DNA from: the human T2T-CHM13v2.0 reference genome, Homo sapiens
Length of the DNA: 64,000 nucleotides
NCBI RefSeq assembly: GCF_009914755.1
Contig: NC_060938.1
Strand: one strand, 5' to 3'
Under the pieces are notes generated by a model. It made no database searches. It saw only the letters and a list, made by a program, of their open reading frames with translations, and had not been told where the DNA came from. The position numbers and the translations under genes are program-made. Below, in pieces: positions 33,879 through 48,986 of this stretch (its first letter is position 1; every line of letters starts with the position of its first letter).

Positions 33879-34113
33879 TCATTCAGAATCTCTCCTGAAG
33901 TTGAAAATGTATAACGTATTAAATTTGGTAGTACAAAGCATGGGAAGATATATGTTTTCCAATTTTAAGAAAATAATAAAAATGCTTTATCAGTCTTCTA
34001 GACACAAATAAGGAAGAGTACCTTGCCTTTTTTTTTCTTCTAGTTGTACGGCAGGAGGCAATATATATACAAAAAAGATAATGGGCCTTAGAAAAGATAT
34101 AACTCAGATTTCA

Positions 34114-34443
<330 letters not shown>

Positions 34444-34450
34444 TCATCTC

Positions 34451-34487
<37 letters not shown>

Positions 34488-34518
34488 GGAAAAGAAATAG
34501 GCTGGACGTGGTGGCTCA

Positions 34519-34830
<312 letters not shown>

Positions 34831-34940
34831 TTATTCAACTTGTTTGGAGCCTAATTTCTTATCTATAAAAACAGATGCAACCTGCTCACTGCAACCTCCA
34901 CCTCTTGGGTTCAAGCAATTCTCCTGTCTCAGCCTTCTGA

Positions 34941-35183
<243 letters not shown>

Positions 35184-36208
35184 TAGCACAATACCTTGCT
35201 CATAGTAGACACTGAAGAAGTGAGAGATTTTTCTAGCCATCAGGATTCTTCTAAACATTAGAACCAGTCATGTATTCCACAGAGGGACAGGGCAATTTGC
35301 TAGGACTTCTTAGCAAAACTAAACTTGAAAAAGAACAAAGAACAATTCAGAACTTATTCAGTGGCTAGATATATTCAATATATTTGTTTTATTTGATCTA
35401 GGTTAGCATATTAAACACCTCTTTTCTTGCATCTATATTTTTTGAGGCAAGGTCTTGCTCTGTCACCCAGGATAAAGTGCAGCTCACTGCAGCCTCCATC
35501 TCCTGGGCTCAAGCAGTCATCCCATCTCAGCCTCCTAAGTATCTGTGACTATGGGTGCACACCACCACGCTCAGCTGTTTTTTTGGTTGTTTGTTTTTTC
35601 AACTAGAGATAAGGTCTCACTATGTTGCCCAGGATCGTCTCAAACTCCTAAACTCAAACAATCTTCCCACCCTGTCCTCCCAAAGTGCAAGAATTACAGG
35701 TGTGACCCTCTGCATCTAGCTTTCTTGCATACGTCTTATCTAGAAACCTTAACTTGTTTTTTTTTTTTTCTTTTTTTTTTTTGAGACAGTATTTCTCTCC
35801 TGTCTCCCAGGCTGGAATGCAGTGGTATGGTCTCGGCTCACTACAACCTCCGCCTCCTAGGCTCAAGCAACCCTCCTGCCTCAGCCTCTCGAGTAGCTAG
35901 TACTACAGGCATGTACCACCATACCCAGCTAATTTTTGTATTTTTAGTAGACACGGGGTTTCACCATGTTGGCCAGCCTAGTCTCAAACTCCTGACCTCA
36001 AGTGATCCACCTGCCTTGGTCTCCCAAAGTGCTGAGATTACAGGCATGAGCCACCACGCCTGGCCTGAAAACCTTACTTTAATCTCCTTCTCCTATTTTC
36101 TGGACTCTACCCTGGGGTCTAAGAGATATTATTTCACTATTATCTCCAAGCATGTTTAAGAGGTATGATTAGAGCAACACCCATCTGTATGGCTACTGTC
36201 AAAACAAT

Positions 36209-36700
<492 letters not shown>

Positions 36701-36725
36701 TAAGTCTCTCAAAGTGCTGGGATTA

Positions 36726-36845
<120 letters not shown>

Positions 36846-37142
36846 TCACGAGGTCAGATCGAGACCATCCTGGGCAACACAGTGAAACCCCGTCTCTACT
36901 AAAAAAACAAAACAAAACAAAAAAATTTAGCCGGGCGTGGTGGCGGGCGCCTGTAGTCCCAGCTACTCTGGAGGTTGAGGCAGGAGAATGGCGTGAACCT
37001 GGGAGGCAGAGCTGGCAGTGAGCCACTGCACTCCAGCCTGGGCGACAGAGAGAGACTCTGTCTCAAAAACAAACAAACAAAAAAGACTTTTTGTTTTTCT
37101 AATTGACAAAAACAAAAATGTTTCGTTTATTTGGTAAATTAC

Positions 37143-37385
37143 TCAAGTATTTCTTCCAGTAGATGTCAGTGTCGCACTTGAAAAATGAACTTTCACTTTT
37201 ATAATATGAAAGTTAAATTCTTTTAGCCCTGGGATGGCATCTTTCTTTCGCTCTAATAGAAGATACTGCCAGATGATCCAGACTGATCTTATCCTCAGAT
37301 AATTTCCTTCAACGGGACATCAGGAAGGAATTTGTTGTACAGAATTGAAGATTTGGCAAGAAGATCTAGACGCATCCAAAGTCTC
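37143..37385 (-). pseudogene. Candidate exon relic 2
   Basis: Acceptor gtgtcattctctag|G, donor TGA|gtaatt, 243 nt. Frames give RLWMRLDLL.., AIPGLKEFNFHII and HLLEEILE, with multiple stops. Confidence 0.4.
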
Positions 37386-37994
37386 CTAGAGAATGACACT
37401 TTTAAAATAAGAACTCTAGTTAAAAAACAAACAAACAAAAACTCTTAATTTTCCTGTTAGCCTGTTCATTTGAGGTTCTTTTGGTGAGCCCTTTAACTCT
37501 GTGACCTGTGTTATGTTTCCATCCTAGAACAAGCTTTCTTCTGAGGATGAAAGGCAATTAGTCTCTGATTTTCTTACAGAAAGTATAATAATAGGTTTTT
37601 TGGTTTTTTTTTTGAGACGGAGTCTCCTTCTGTTGCCCAGGCTGGAGTACAGTGGTGCTCCAGCTCACTGCAACCTCTGCCTCCCACGTTCAAGTGATTC
37701 TTCAGCCTCAGCCTCCTGAGTAGCTGGAATTACAGGCATCTGCCACCCAAAGTGGTGGGATCACAGGTGTGAGCCTCCCAAAGAGCTGGGATCTTTTGTA
37801 TTTTTAGTACAGATGGGGTTTCTCTCTAATTTTGTATTTTAGTAGAGACTAGGTTTCACCATGTCTGCCAGGCTAGTCTCAAAACTCCTGACCTCAACTG
37901 ATCCGCCTGCCTTGGCCTCTGAAAGTGCTGGGATTATAGGCATGAGCCACCGCACCCAGCCATAATAATACTTCAGTTCAAAAACTAGAATGTT

Positions 37995-38350
37995 TTGTAG
38001 CCATAAAAAAGAAAAAGATCATGTATTTTGTGGGAACATGGATGGAGCTGGAGGCCATTATTCCTAGCAAACTAATGCAGGAACAGAAAACCAAATACCA
38101 CATTTTCTCACTTGTAAGTGGGAGCTAAATGATGAGAACTTATGAACACAAAGAAGGAAGCAGACACTGTGATCTACTTGAGGGTGGAATCTGGGAGGAG
38201 GGAGAGGAGCAGAAAAGATAAGCATTGGGTACTGGGCTTAATACCCGAGTGATGAAACAATCTGTACAACAAACCCCTGTGACATGAGTTTACCTATGTA
38301 ACAAACCTTCACAGGGACCCCCAAACCTAAAAAGTTAAAAAATAAAATAA
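37995..38350 (+). mobile_element. L1 (PB/MA) 3' end
   Basis: gccataaaaaagaaaaagatcatgtattttgtgggaacatggatggagctggaggcc...cctatgtaacaaaccttcac. Confidence 0.85.
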
Positions 38351-38483
38351 ATGATAATGTTAAACATTTCTCTATTCAAGGAATTATGAAGATAAGTAAG
38401 CATATTCTTTTTCTTTCCCTGTTGTATTTATTAACAAAATAGAAATAAAAATCTCTTTAGAAAATTGTTTTTGAGCTCTATGC

Positions 38484-38610
38484 CTGAAGTTATATGGAAG
38501 TATAACAGATGGGAGCACAGTGGGATTCTTGCAGAGTGCCTGCCAGATATGACACATGCTACACAGAGAGCAGAAAGGGTTTCTTAATGCAGAGTCAAAA
38601 GGTTACTCAT
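38484..38610 (-). pseudogene. Candidate exon 1 relic (F-box-like)
   Basis: ATG at 38610 gives MSNLLTLH*ETL; a shifted frame gives RNPFCSLCSMCHIWQALCKNPTVL. Resembles the F-box start (LxxLPxExL) and end (VCxxWxxLxxxP). Possible degenerate donor CAG|gcatag. Confidence 0.4.
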
Positions 38611-39059
38611 AAAAAAGACAACAAATACGGTGCAGTGTATACTGCTTGGGTGATGGGTGCACCAGATTCTCACAAATCTCCACTAAAGAACTTACTCATG
38701 TAACCAAATACCACCTGTACCCCAATAACTTACGGAGAAATAAAATTTAAAAAAAAAGATAAACTGGGCGTGGTGGCTCACGCCTGTAATCCCAGCACTT
38801 CAGAAGGCTGAGGCAGGCAGATCACCTGAGGTCGGGAGTTCGAGACCTCGAGACCAGCCTGACCAACATGGAGAAGCCCCATCTCTACTAAAAATACAAA
38901 ATTAGCTGGGCATGGTGGCGCATGCCTGTAATCCCAGCTACTCAGGAGGCTGAGCCAGAAGAATCACTTGAACCCGGGAGGCAGAGGTTGTGGTGAGATT
39001 GCGCCATTGCACTCCAACCTGGGCAACAACAGTGAAACTCCATCTCGAAAAAAAAAGTA

Positions 39060-39471
39060 GTATAAAGAAATAAAACCCTAGAAATAGAAGAAAAGGATAA
39101 TTCTATTTAAAATTTAGGTTAGCCTTAATTTATTCGTCTTAAGAAGGTCTTTTTAAACAATACATGAAAGGCAAAAGCAATAAAATACTGAAAATTTTTA
39201 ATTCATCTAAATATAAAAACTTAAAAACATTTAAGTTTTTATAAGTATAAAGAAATAAAACCCTAGAAATAGAAGAAAAGGATAATTCTATTTAAAATTT
39301 AGGTTAACCTTAATTTATTCATCTTAAGAAGGTCTTTTTAAACAATACATGAAAGGCAAAAGCAATAAAATACTGAAAATTTTTAATTCATCTAAATATA
39401 AAAACTTAAAAACTTTTTTTATAAGTATAAAGAAATAATACCCTAAAAATAGAAGGAAAGGATAATTCTAT
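39060..39471. repeat. Tandem repeat, ~180-185 bp unit, ~2.25 copies
   Basis: Unit start 'gtataaagaaataa' at 39060, 39245 and 39425; copies 1 and 2 are nearly identical. Confidence 0.95.
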
Positions 39472-39981
39472 GTTGTTGTTACTATTATTATTATTTGAGA
39501 TGAAGTCTTGCTCTGTCACCCAGGCTGGAATGCAGTGGCATAATCTTGGCTTACTGCAACCTCCGCCTCTCAGGTTCAAGTGATTCTCCTGCCTCAGCCT
39601 CCTGAGTAGCTGGGATTACAGGCATGTGCCACCACACCCAGCTAATTTTTGTATTTTTAGTAGAGACGGGGTTTCACTATGTTGGCCAGGCTGGTCTTGA
39701 ACTCCAGCTCTCAGGTGATCTGCTCGCCTCGGCCTCCCCAGGTTCTGGGATTACAGGCATGAGCCACTACATCCGGCCACAGACTTGTTTTTGATTTTAC
39801 AGGCTCACAGGCAGAAAGAACTTCCCTTATGTCAGATGAGACATTGGACTTGTACTTTTGAGTTAATGATAAAATTAGCTAAGGCTTTGGTTGACTGTTG
39901 GGAAGGCATGATTATGTTTTAAAATGTGAGAAGAACATGATATTTGGAAGGGGCCAGGAGTGGAATGATATGGTTTGATTC

Positions 39982-41199
39982 TGTGCCCGGAATTGGTGGG
40001 TTCTTGGTCTCACTGACTTCAAGAATGAAGCCGCAGACCCTCGCGGTGAGAATTACATCTCTTAACGTGGCGCGTCTGGAGTCTGTCCCTTCTGATGTTC
40101 AGATGTGTTCGGAGTTTCTTCCTTATGGTGGGTTCGTGGTCTCGCTGGCTCAGGAGTGAAGCTGCAGACCTTCGCGGTGAGTGTTACAGCTCTTAAGTCA
40201 GCGTGTCTGGAGTTGTTCGTTCCTCCTGGTGGGCTCGTGGTCTCCCTGGGCTCAGGAGTGAAACTGCAGATCTTCGCGGTGAGTGTTACAGCTCATAAAA
40301 GCAGCGTGAACCCAAAGAGTGAGCAGTAGGAAGATTTATTGCAAAGAGCGAAAGAACAAAACTTCCACAGTGTGGAAGGGCACCTGAGCAGGTTGCCAAT
40401 AATGGCTCAGGCAGCCTGCTTTTATTCTCTTATCTGGCCCCACCCACATCCTGCTGATTGGTAGAGCCGAGTGGCCTGTTTTGTCAGGGTGCTGATTGGT
40501 GCGTTTACAATCCCTGCGCTAGATACTAAGGTTCTCCACCTCCCCACCAGACTCAGGACCCCAGCTGGCTTCACCTAGTGGATCCCCCACCGGGGCTGCA
40601 GGTGGAGCTGCCTGCCAGTCCAGCGCGGTGCGCTCGCACTCCTCAGCCTTTGGGTGGTCGATGGGACTGGGCGCCATGGAGCAGGGGGTGGTGCTAGTCG
40701 GGGAGGCTCGGGCGGCACAGGAGCCCATGGAGTGGGTGGGAGGCTCAGGCATGGCGGGCTGCAGGTCCCGAGCCCTGCCCCGCAGAAAGGCAGCTAAGGC
40801 TCGGTGAGAAATCGAGCGCAGTGCCGGTGGGCTGGCACTGCTGGGGGACCCAGTACACCCTCCGCAGCCACTGGTCCGGGTGCTAAGTCCCTCATTGCCC
40901 GGGGCAGCAGGGCTGGCCGGCTGCTCCGAGTGCGGGGCCCGCCAAGCCCATGCCCGCCCGGAACTCCAGCTGGCCTGCAAGCACGCACGCAGCCCCGGTT
41001 CCTGCTCGCGCCTCTCCCTCCACACCTTCCTGCAAGCTGAGGGAGTGGGCTCAAGCCTTGGCCAGCCCAGAAAGGGGCTCCCATAGTGCAGCGGTAGGCT
41101 GAAGGGCTCCTCAAGTGCCGCCAAAGTGGGAGCCCAGGCAGAGGAGGTGCCGAGAGCGAGCGAGGACTGTGAGGACTGCCAGCATGCTGTCACCTCTCA
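39982..41199 (-). mobile_element. LTR12C-like solo LTR (ERV9)
   Basis: Ends tgtgcccggaattggtggg... and ...gctgtcacctctca. U5 repeats 'gcggtgagtgttacagctc', CCAAT boxes (attgg at 40457 and 40495), CpG-rich U3. 4-bp flanks attc/gttc. Confidence 0.93.
40400..40520 (-). promoter_or_regulatory. LTR12 core promoter (NF-Y CCAAT boxes and TATA-like AATAAAAG), directed toward lower coordinates
   Basis: attgg at 40457 and 40495; cttttatt at 40419-40426; known LTR12 architecture. Confidence 0.65.
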
Positions 41200-41884
41200 G
41201 TTCTATGTCCCTGCCAAAATCTCATGTTGAATTGTAATCCTTTGTGTTGAGGGAGAGATCTGGTAGGAGGTCATTCGATCATCAGGGCAGATTTCCTCCT
41301 TGCTGTTTTCATGATGGTGAGTAAGTTCTCACAAGATCAAGTTGTTTGAAAGTGTGTGGCACTTCCCCCTTCACTCTCTGTCTCCTGCTCCGCCATGGGA
41401 ACTTGTTCTTGCTTCCCATTCACCTTCTGCCATGATTATAAGTTTCCTGAGGCATCCCAGCCATGCTTCCTGTACAGCCTGTGGAACTGTGAGTCAATTA
41501 AACCTCTTTTCTTCATAAATTACCCAGTCTCAGGTAGTTCTTTACAGGAGTGTGAGAATGAACTAATACACCCATTTTTTAATCAGTTTAATTTGGTTTT
41601 TGTTTTTCGAATTAAGTTCCCTATAGGTTCTGGATATTAGAACTTTGTCAGATCATGGTTTGCATTTTTTTTTCCTTCCGTGGGTTGTCCGTTTACTCTG
41701 TTGATAGTTTCTTTTGCTGTGCAGAAGCTCTTTAGTTTAATTAAGTCCCATTTGTCAATTTCTGTTTCTATTGCAATTGCTTTTGGAGTCTTTGTCTTGA
41801 AATCGACGATGACCTATATCCAGAATGGTATTTCCTAGGTTTTCTTTTCTTTTCTTTTCTTTTCCTTTCTTTTCCTTTTTTTGA

Positions 41885-42078
<194 letters not shown>

Positions 42079-42200
42079 TGATCTCGAACTCTCGAACTCA
42101 GGTGATCCGCCCGCCTTGGCCTCCCAAAGTGCTGTGATTACGGGTGTGAGCCACTGTGCCCAGCCTTCCTAGGTTTTCTTCTAGGGTTTTTATAGTTTCA

Positions 42201-42247
42201 TTAGGTTGGTGCAAAAGTAACTGTGGTTTTGCCATTACTTTGAATGG
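42201..42247 (+). mobile_element. MADE1 (Hsmar1 MITE) half element
   Basis: ttaggttggtgcaaaagtaactgtggttttgccattacttt matches the Hsmar1/MADE1 terminal inverted repeat. Confidence 0.8.
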
Positions 42248-42790
42248 TTTTACATTTAAGCCTTTAATCTATCTTGAGTTGATTTTTGTGTATGATAAAA
42301 GGAAGGGATCCAGGTTCAATCTTCTGTATAAGGCAGCCAGTTATCCCTGCACCATTTATTGAATAAGGAGTCCTTTTCCTGTTGCTTGTTCTTGTCAGCT
42401 TTGTCAAAGATCAAATGATTGTAGGTGTGCAACTTTATTTCTGGGTCCTCAAACCTGTTTCATTGGTCTGTGTGTCTCTTTTTGTACCGATACCGTACTA
42501 GCCTTGTAGGATAGTTTGAAGTTGGATAGTGTGATGCCTCTGGCTTTGTTCTTTTTGCTTAGAATTGCTTTGGCTATTTGTGTTCTTTTTTGAATTTTAG
42601 AATAGGTTTTCTAATTATGTGAAAAATGTCATTGGTAGTTTGATAGCAATAGCATTGAATCTGTAAATTACTTTGGGCAGTATGACCACTTTAACAATAT
42701 TGATTCTTCCTATCCATGAGCATGGAATATTTTTTTCACTTGTCTGTGTCACCTCTGATTTCTTTCAGCAGTGTTTTGTAATTCTCTTCA

Positions 42791-43044
42791 CCCTGTCGCT
42801 CAGGCTGTAGTGCAGTGGCGCAATCCCGGCTCACTGCAAGCTCCGCCTCCCGGGTTCACGCCATTCTCCTGCCTCAGCCTCTCCGAGTAGCTGGGACTAC
42901 AGGCGCCCGCCACCACGCCCGGCTAATTTTTTGTATTTTTGGTAGAGACGGGGTTTCACTGTGGTCTCTATCTCCTGACCTCGTGATCCGCCCGCCTCGG
43001 CCTTCCAAAGTGCTGATTACAAGCGTGAGCCACCGCGCCCGGCC
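42791..43044 (-). mobile_element. AluYd-like element lacking a poly(A) tail
   Basis: 12-bp deletion (ttagccaggatg is missing in 'tttcactgtggtctc'); no T-tract or TSD at the left junction with L1. Confidence 0.75.
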
Positions 43045-45191
43045 ATCACTGTAGAGATCTTTCACTGCCCGGTTAGCTGAATTCCTAGGTATTTTGTACG
43101 TGTGTGTGTGGCTATTGTGAATGGGATTGCATTATTGATTTGGCTCTCAGCTTGGACGTTGTTTGTATATAGAAATGCTACTGATTTTTGTATATTGATT
43201 TTGTATCCTGAAACTTTGTTGAAGTTGTCGATCAGATCTAGAAACTTTTGGGCAGAGGCCATGGGGTTTTCTAAGTATAAAATCATATCATCTGTGAAGA
43301 GAGATAGTTTGACTTCCTCTCTTCCTATTTGGGTACCTTTTATTTCTTTCTCTTGTCTAATGGCTCTGTCTAGGACTTCCAGTACTATGCTGAATAGGAT
43401 GATGAGAGTGGGCATCTTTTGCTTGTTCCAGTTCTCAAGGGGAATGCTTCCAGCTTTTGCCAGTTCAGTATGATGTTGGCTGTGGGTTTGTCATAGATGG
43501 CTCTTATTATTTTGATGTATGTTTCTCTAATGCCAAGTTTGTTGAGGGTTTTTAACATGAAGAGATGTTGAATTTTATTGAAAGCCTTTTCTGTGTCTGT
43601 TGAGATGATCGTGTGGTTTTTGTATTTAGCTCTGTTTACGTCACAAATTACATTTGTTGATTTGTGTGTGTTGAAACAACTTTGCATTCCAGGAATAAAG
43701 GCTACTTGATTATGGTGGATTAACTTTTTGATGTGCTGCTGGATTCAGTTTGCTAGTATTTTGTTGAGGATTTTTGTTCATCAGTGATTTTGGCCTAAAG
43801 TTTTCTTTTTTTGCTGTGTCTCTGCCAAGTTTTGGTATCAGAGTGATGCTGGTCTCAAAGAATGAGTTAGAGAGGAGTCCCTCCTCCTCTCTTTTTTGGG
43901 ATAGTTTCAGTAGGATAGGTACCAGCTCTTCTTTGTTGGTTTGTTAAGGGTTTCAGTTTCTTCCTAGTTCAATCTTGGGAAATTGTATGTTTCAAGGAAT
44001 GCATCCATTTCTTCTAGGTTTTCTAGTTTGTGTGCAAAGTTGTTCATAATAGTTTTTGAGGGCTTTTTGTATTGCTTTCTTTTTTTAAAATTTAACAAAT
44101 CTGGCTGTTCCGAAGTTCTTTTGTTTTTCGTAGGGTAAATGTTAATGTCTCCGTTGTCATTTCTGTGTTTATTTGGATCTTCTCTCTCTTTTTTTATTAG
44201 TCTAACTAGTGATCTATCAATCCTATTTTTCCTTTTTAAACTTAAAATTTTTTTTTTTTTTTCAAAAAAGAATAGAACATATCGCTATGTTGCCCAGGCT
44301 GGTTCCAAACTCCTGGCCTCAAGTGATCCTCTTGCCTTGGCCCCTCAAACTGCTAGGATTACAGGTGTGAGCCACTGAAGCCCATCCACATTTCTCTTTT
44401 TAATGTAACTCTGGGCCAGGCACAGTGGCTCATGCCTGTAATCCCACCACTTTGGGAGTCCAAGGTGGGCAATTGCTTGAGCCCAGGATCCAAGACCAGC
44501 CTGGACAACATGGTGAAATGTAGTCTCTACAAAAAGTACCAAAAAATAAAAAAGTAAAGATTAGCTGGGCATGGTGGCATGTGCCTGTAGTCCCAGCTAG
44601 CTACTCAGAAGGCTGAGGCAGGTAGATAGATTGAGCACAGGAAGTCAAGGTTGCAGTGAGCTCTGACTGTGCCACTACATTTCAGCCTGGATGACAGAAC
44701 AAGACCCTGTCTCAAAAAAAAAAAAAAAAAAAAGTAGGTCTGTACTAAAGTGGAATGACAGGTTGTTTCAGAATGAAAAAGGAGACTAAAGGACAAAAAC
44801 TGAATACGTTATAAAAATTATGTAAGGTTTGCAGAAAAGGAATCTTGGAAAAGGATATCTTGTGTGGTCAAAGCTGTCTGAGATTAGATGGATTTATTTA
44901 TAAGGATTTATTAAAATCAGCTTTGTTATTAATAGTACACTTGTATAAAACTAGAAATTGGTTTTTTCTCTCTGCGCAATGACAAAGTTTTCTTAGAGAG
45001 TTGGTCTGCTCTTGGTAAGTGATCATGAAAGGTTTTTCCTTACCATTTTTTTTTTTGAAACAAGGTGTCACTCTGTTTCCCAGGCTGGAGTGCAGTGGCA
45101 GGATCATGGCCTCCACCTCCTGGGCTCAATGGATCCACCAGCCTCAGCCTTCTGAGTAGCTAGGACTACAGGCATGAACTACTACTCCAGG

Positions 45192-45238
<47 letters not shown>

Positions 45239-45662
45239 CAATAGTTTTTGGGAACAAGTGGTGTTTGGTTACATGGATAAGTTCTTCTGTGGTGATTTCT
45301 GAGATTTTGGTGCACCCATTACCTGAACAGTGTACCATGCCCAGTGTGTAGTTTTATTATCCCTCACCCCCATCCCACCCTCCCACCCTTCCTCCTAGTC
45401 CCCAAAGTCCATTACATCATTCTTATGCCTTTGCGTCCTCATAGCTTAGCTTCCACAGGCTAATTTTTAAAATTTTTATAGAGATGAGGTTTTGCTATGT
45501 TGCCCATACTGGTCTCAAAGTCCTGGGCTCAAGCGATTCCCCTGCCTTGGCCTCCTAAAGTGTTGAGATTACAGGTGTGAGCCACTGCACCCAGCCAGTT
45601 TTTCCTTATCTTTTAAGAAATCTGCCTCGGGTGGATCACCTGAGGTCAGGAGTTCAAGATCA

Positions 45663-46605
<943 letters not shown>

Positions 46606-48140
46606 GTAAATTTGCCTAGGAAACATCCTGTATTTTATCAAAATAATGCCATGTGCCTCATGTTGTTTTTCTAAGGTCTTTGATTACTTAAGAAAACTGA
46701 ATTTTCTCAATATTAAGAGTTATGTTTTGTTCACAAATGTGTAAGCTTCTGTATTTGCCTTGAAAATCTTTTATTGTTCTTTTGGTTAAATAGATAACCA
46801 GGTATTGCCTCATTGTGGTCTATGATCCTATAATCAAGTGGGGTTTTTGTTTGTTTGTTTAAAGAGACAGGGCCTCTCCCTGTTACCAAGGCTGCTGGAG
46901 TGCGGGGGCATGATCATAGCTCTCTGCATCCTCCACTCCTGGGCTCCAGGCCCAGCACTCCAGGCTCCAGCGATGCTCCTGCCTCATCCTCCCAAGTAGC
47001 TGGGACTCTAGGCACATGCCACCATGATCGGCTAATTTTTTTTATTTTTTGGAGAGATAGGGTCTCTCTATGATGTCCAGGCTGGTCTTGAACTCCAGGC
47101 CTCAAGTGATCCTCTTCCCTCAGGCTCTCAAAGTGCTGGGATTACAGACATGAGCCACCGCGCCTGGCTAATTAAGTATTTTAAATCTTATTGATAATTT
47201 CCTGAAATCAAATGGAGGTCTTTTGACCTCAAACTAACTTTGAGGATTCCCAGAGGGCTCCTAAAAAAATCTCAAAAGAATCCATTCTCTCTCCTTATCA
47301 AGGCAAGAAGGCCAGGTGTGGTGGCCCATGCCTATAATCCCAGCACTTTGGGAGGCCAAGGCAGGAGGATATCTTAAGGCCAGGGTTCAAAATCAGCCTG
47401 GGCAACTTAGCCAGACACTGTCTCTACAAAAAATTATTTTAAAACTAGCCAGGTGGGATGGTACATGCCTTTAGTTCTAGCTACTAGGAGGCTGAAGCAA
47501 GAGGATCCCTTGAGCCCTGGAGTTTGAGGCTGCAGTGAGCTAAGATTGCACAATGCACTCTAGGCTGTGCAACAGAGTAAGACTCTTTCTCAAAAAAAAA
47601 AAAAGAGAGAGAGAGAGAAAGAAAAAAGAAAGATGTTTAACTGATTAGCAGTATCTGATACATTAAATTGCATGGAAGCATGTTGAATAAGTGATGATAA
47701 ACCCATATATATAATAAGTGTGTCAAAAATGTATAAAGTTTGGTTATTGTTTTACTCTGATGCTTTCCTGGAAGCTTTTGTAAGGAGCTGAGATATAATA
47801 AGATTACTTCATCTTCAAAGATAATTTATGAAAAAGACTCTGGAAAGTACTCTAAAATACAAACAAACTTTTGAAAACTTGGGATCATACCACTGGCCTG
47901 GGTAAGAATTTCTGTAGCACTAATGAAGAAACTGATGGGTTCATGAAACTTAACCCAAGATCAAGCAGAACAAGAGTTAATTACATGGGACAGAAAAAAC
48001 TGATAAGGATGATTATAGTTTTTTTGATTTTCTATTTGAAACATTGCCTGTTCTTTAATATTTTGTTTTCCAGATTTAAGGAAGCCTTTTTCTCTTAACC
48101 TGTCTATAGCTTATAGCAATTTAGTAAAGTACTTTTGTAA

Positions 48141-48440
<300 letters not shown>

Positions 48441-48986
48441 TGATCCGCCCACCTTGGCCTCCCAAAGTGCTGGGATTACAGACGTGAGCCACCATGCCTG
48501 GCCTATAGTGAATATTCTTATTTTCATGGCAATATACTTATTTGCATGAGTTTAATAAGAATCTGTTCTCCTCGTAACAAGACAAAATTGGAAACATTAG
48601 TTATCTTACCAAGGCTTTGACTGTATTATTATTATTTTTTTTGATTCAGGGTCTTGCTCTGTCACCCAGGCTGGAGTGCAGTGGTGTGATCTTTGCTCAC
48701 TGCAGCCTTGACCACCTGGGCTCAAGTGATCCCTCTGCCTAAGCCTCCTGAGTAGCTGGCCCACAGGTGTGCATCACCATGCCTGGCTAAATTTTTTTTG
48801 TACTTTTCTTTTGTAGAGATGGTGTTTTGCCACATTGCCCAGGCTGTTCTTGAATTCCTAGGCTCAAGTAATCCTCCAGCCTTGGCCTCCCAAAGTGCTG
48901 GAATTACAGGAATGAGCCACTGCACCCAGCCTTGAGTGGAATATTATATTTTCAGATATGACCAGTTTTAAAGAACTAAAGTTGAC

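Larger units (their letters stand above)
39781..41570 (+). mobile_element. ERVL-MaLR (MST-type) internal 3' end plus LTR, split by LTR12
   Basis: MST-int sequence and polypurine tract (ggaaggggccaggagtggaa), then LTR tgatatggtttg at 39966; LTR resumes after LTR12 and ends gaactaataca at 41570. Confidence 0.85.

Noticed and set aside
40519-41193. 224-aa ORF
   Set aside because: GC-rich LTR12 U3 sequence; a common artefact of this family.
43062-43687. Reverse-transcriptase ORFs as a novel RT system
   Set aside because: Ordinary frameshifted L1 ORF2 fragment with a degenerate FTDD motif.
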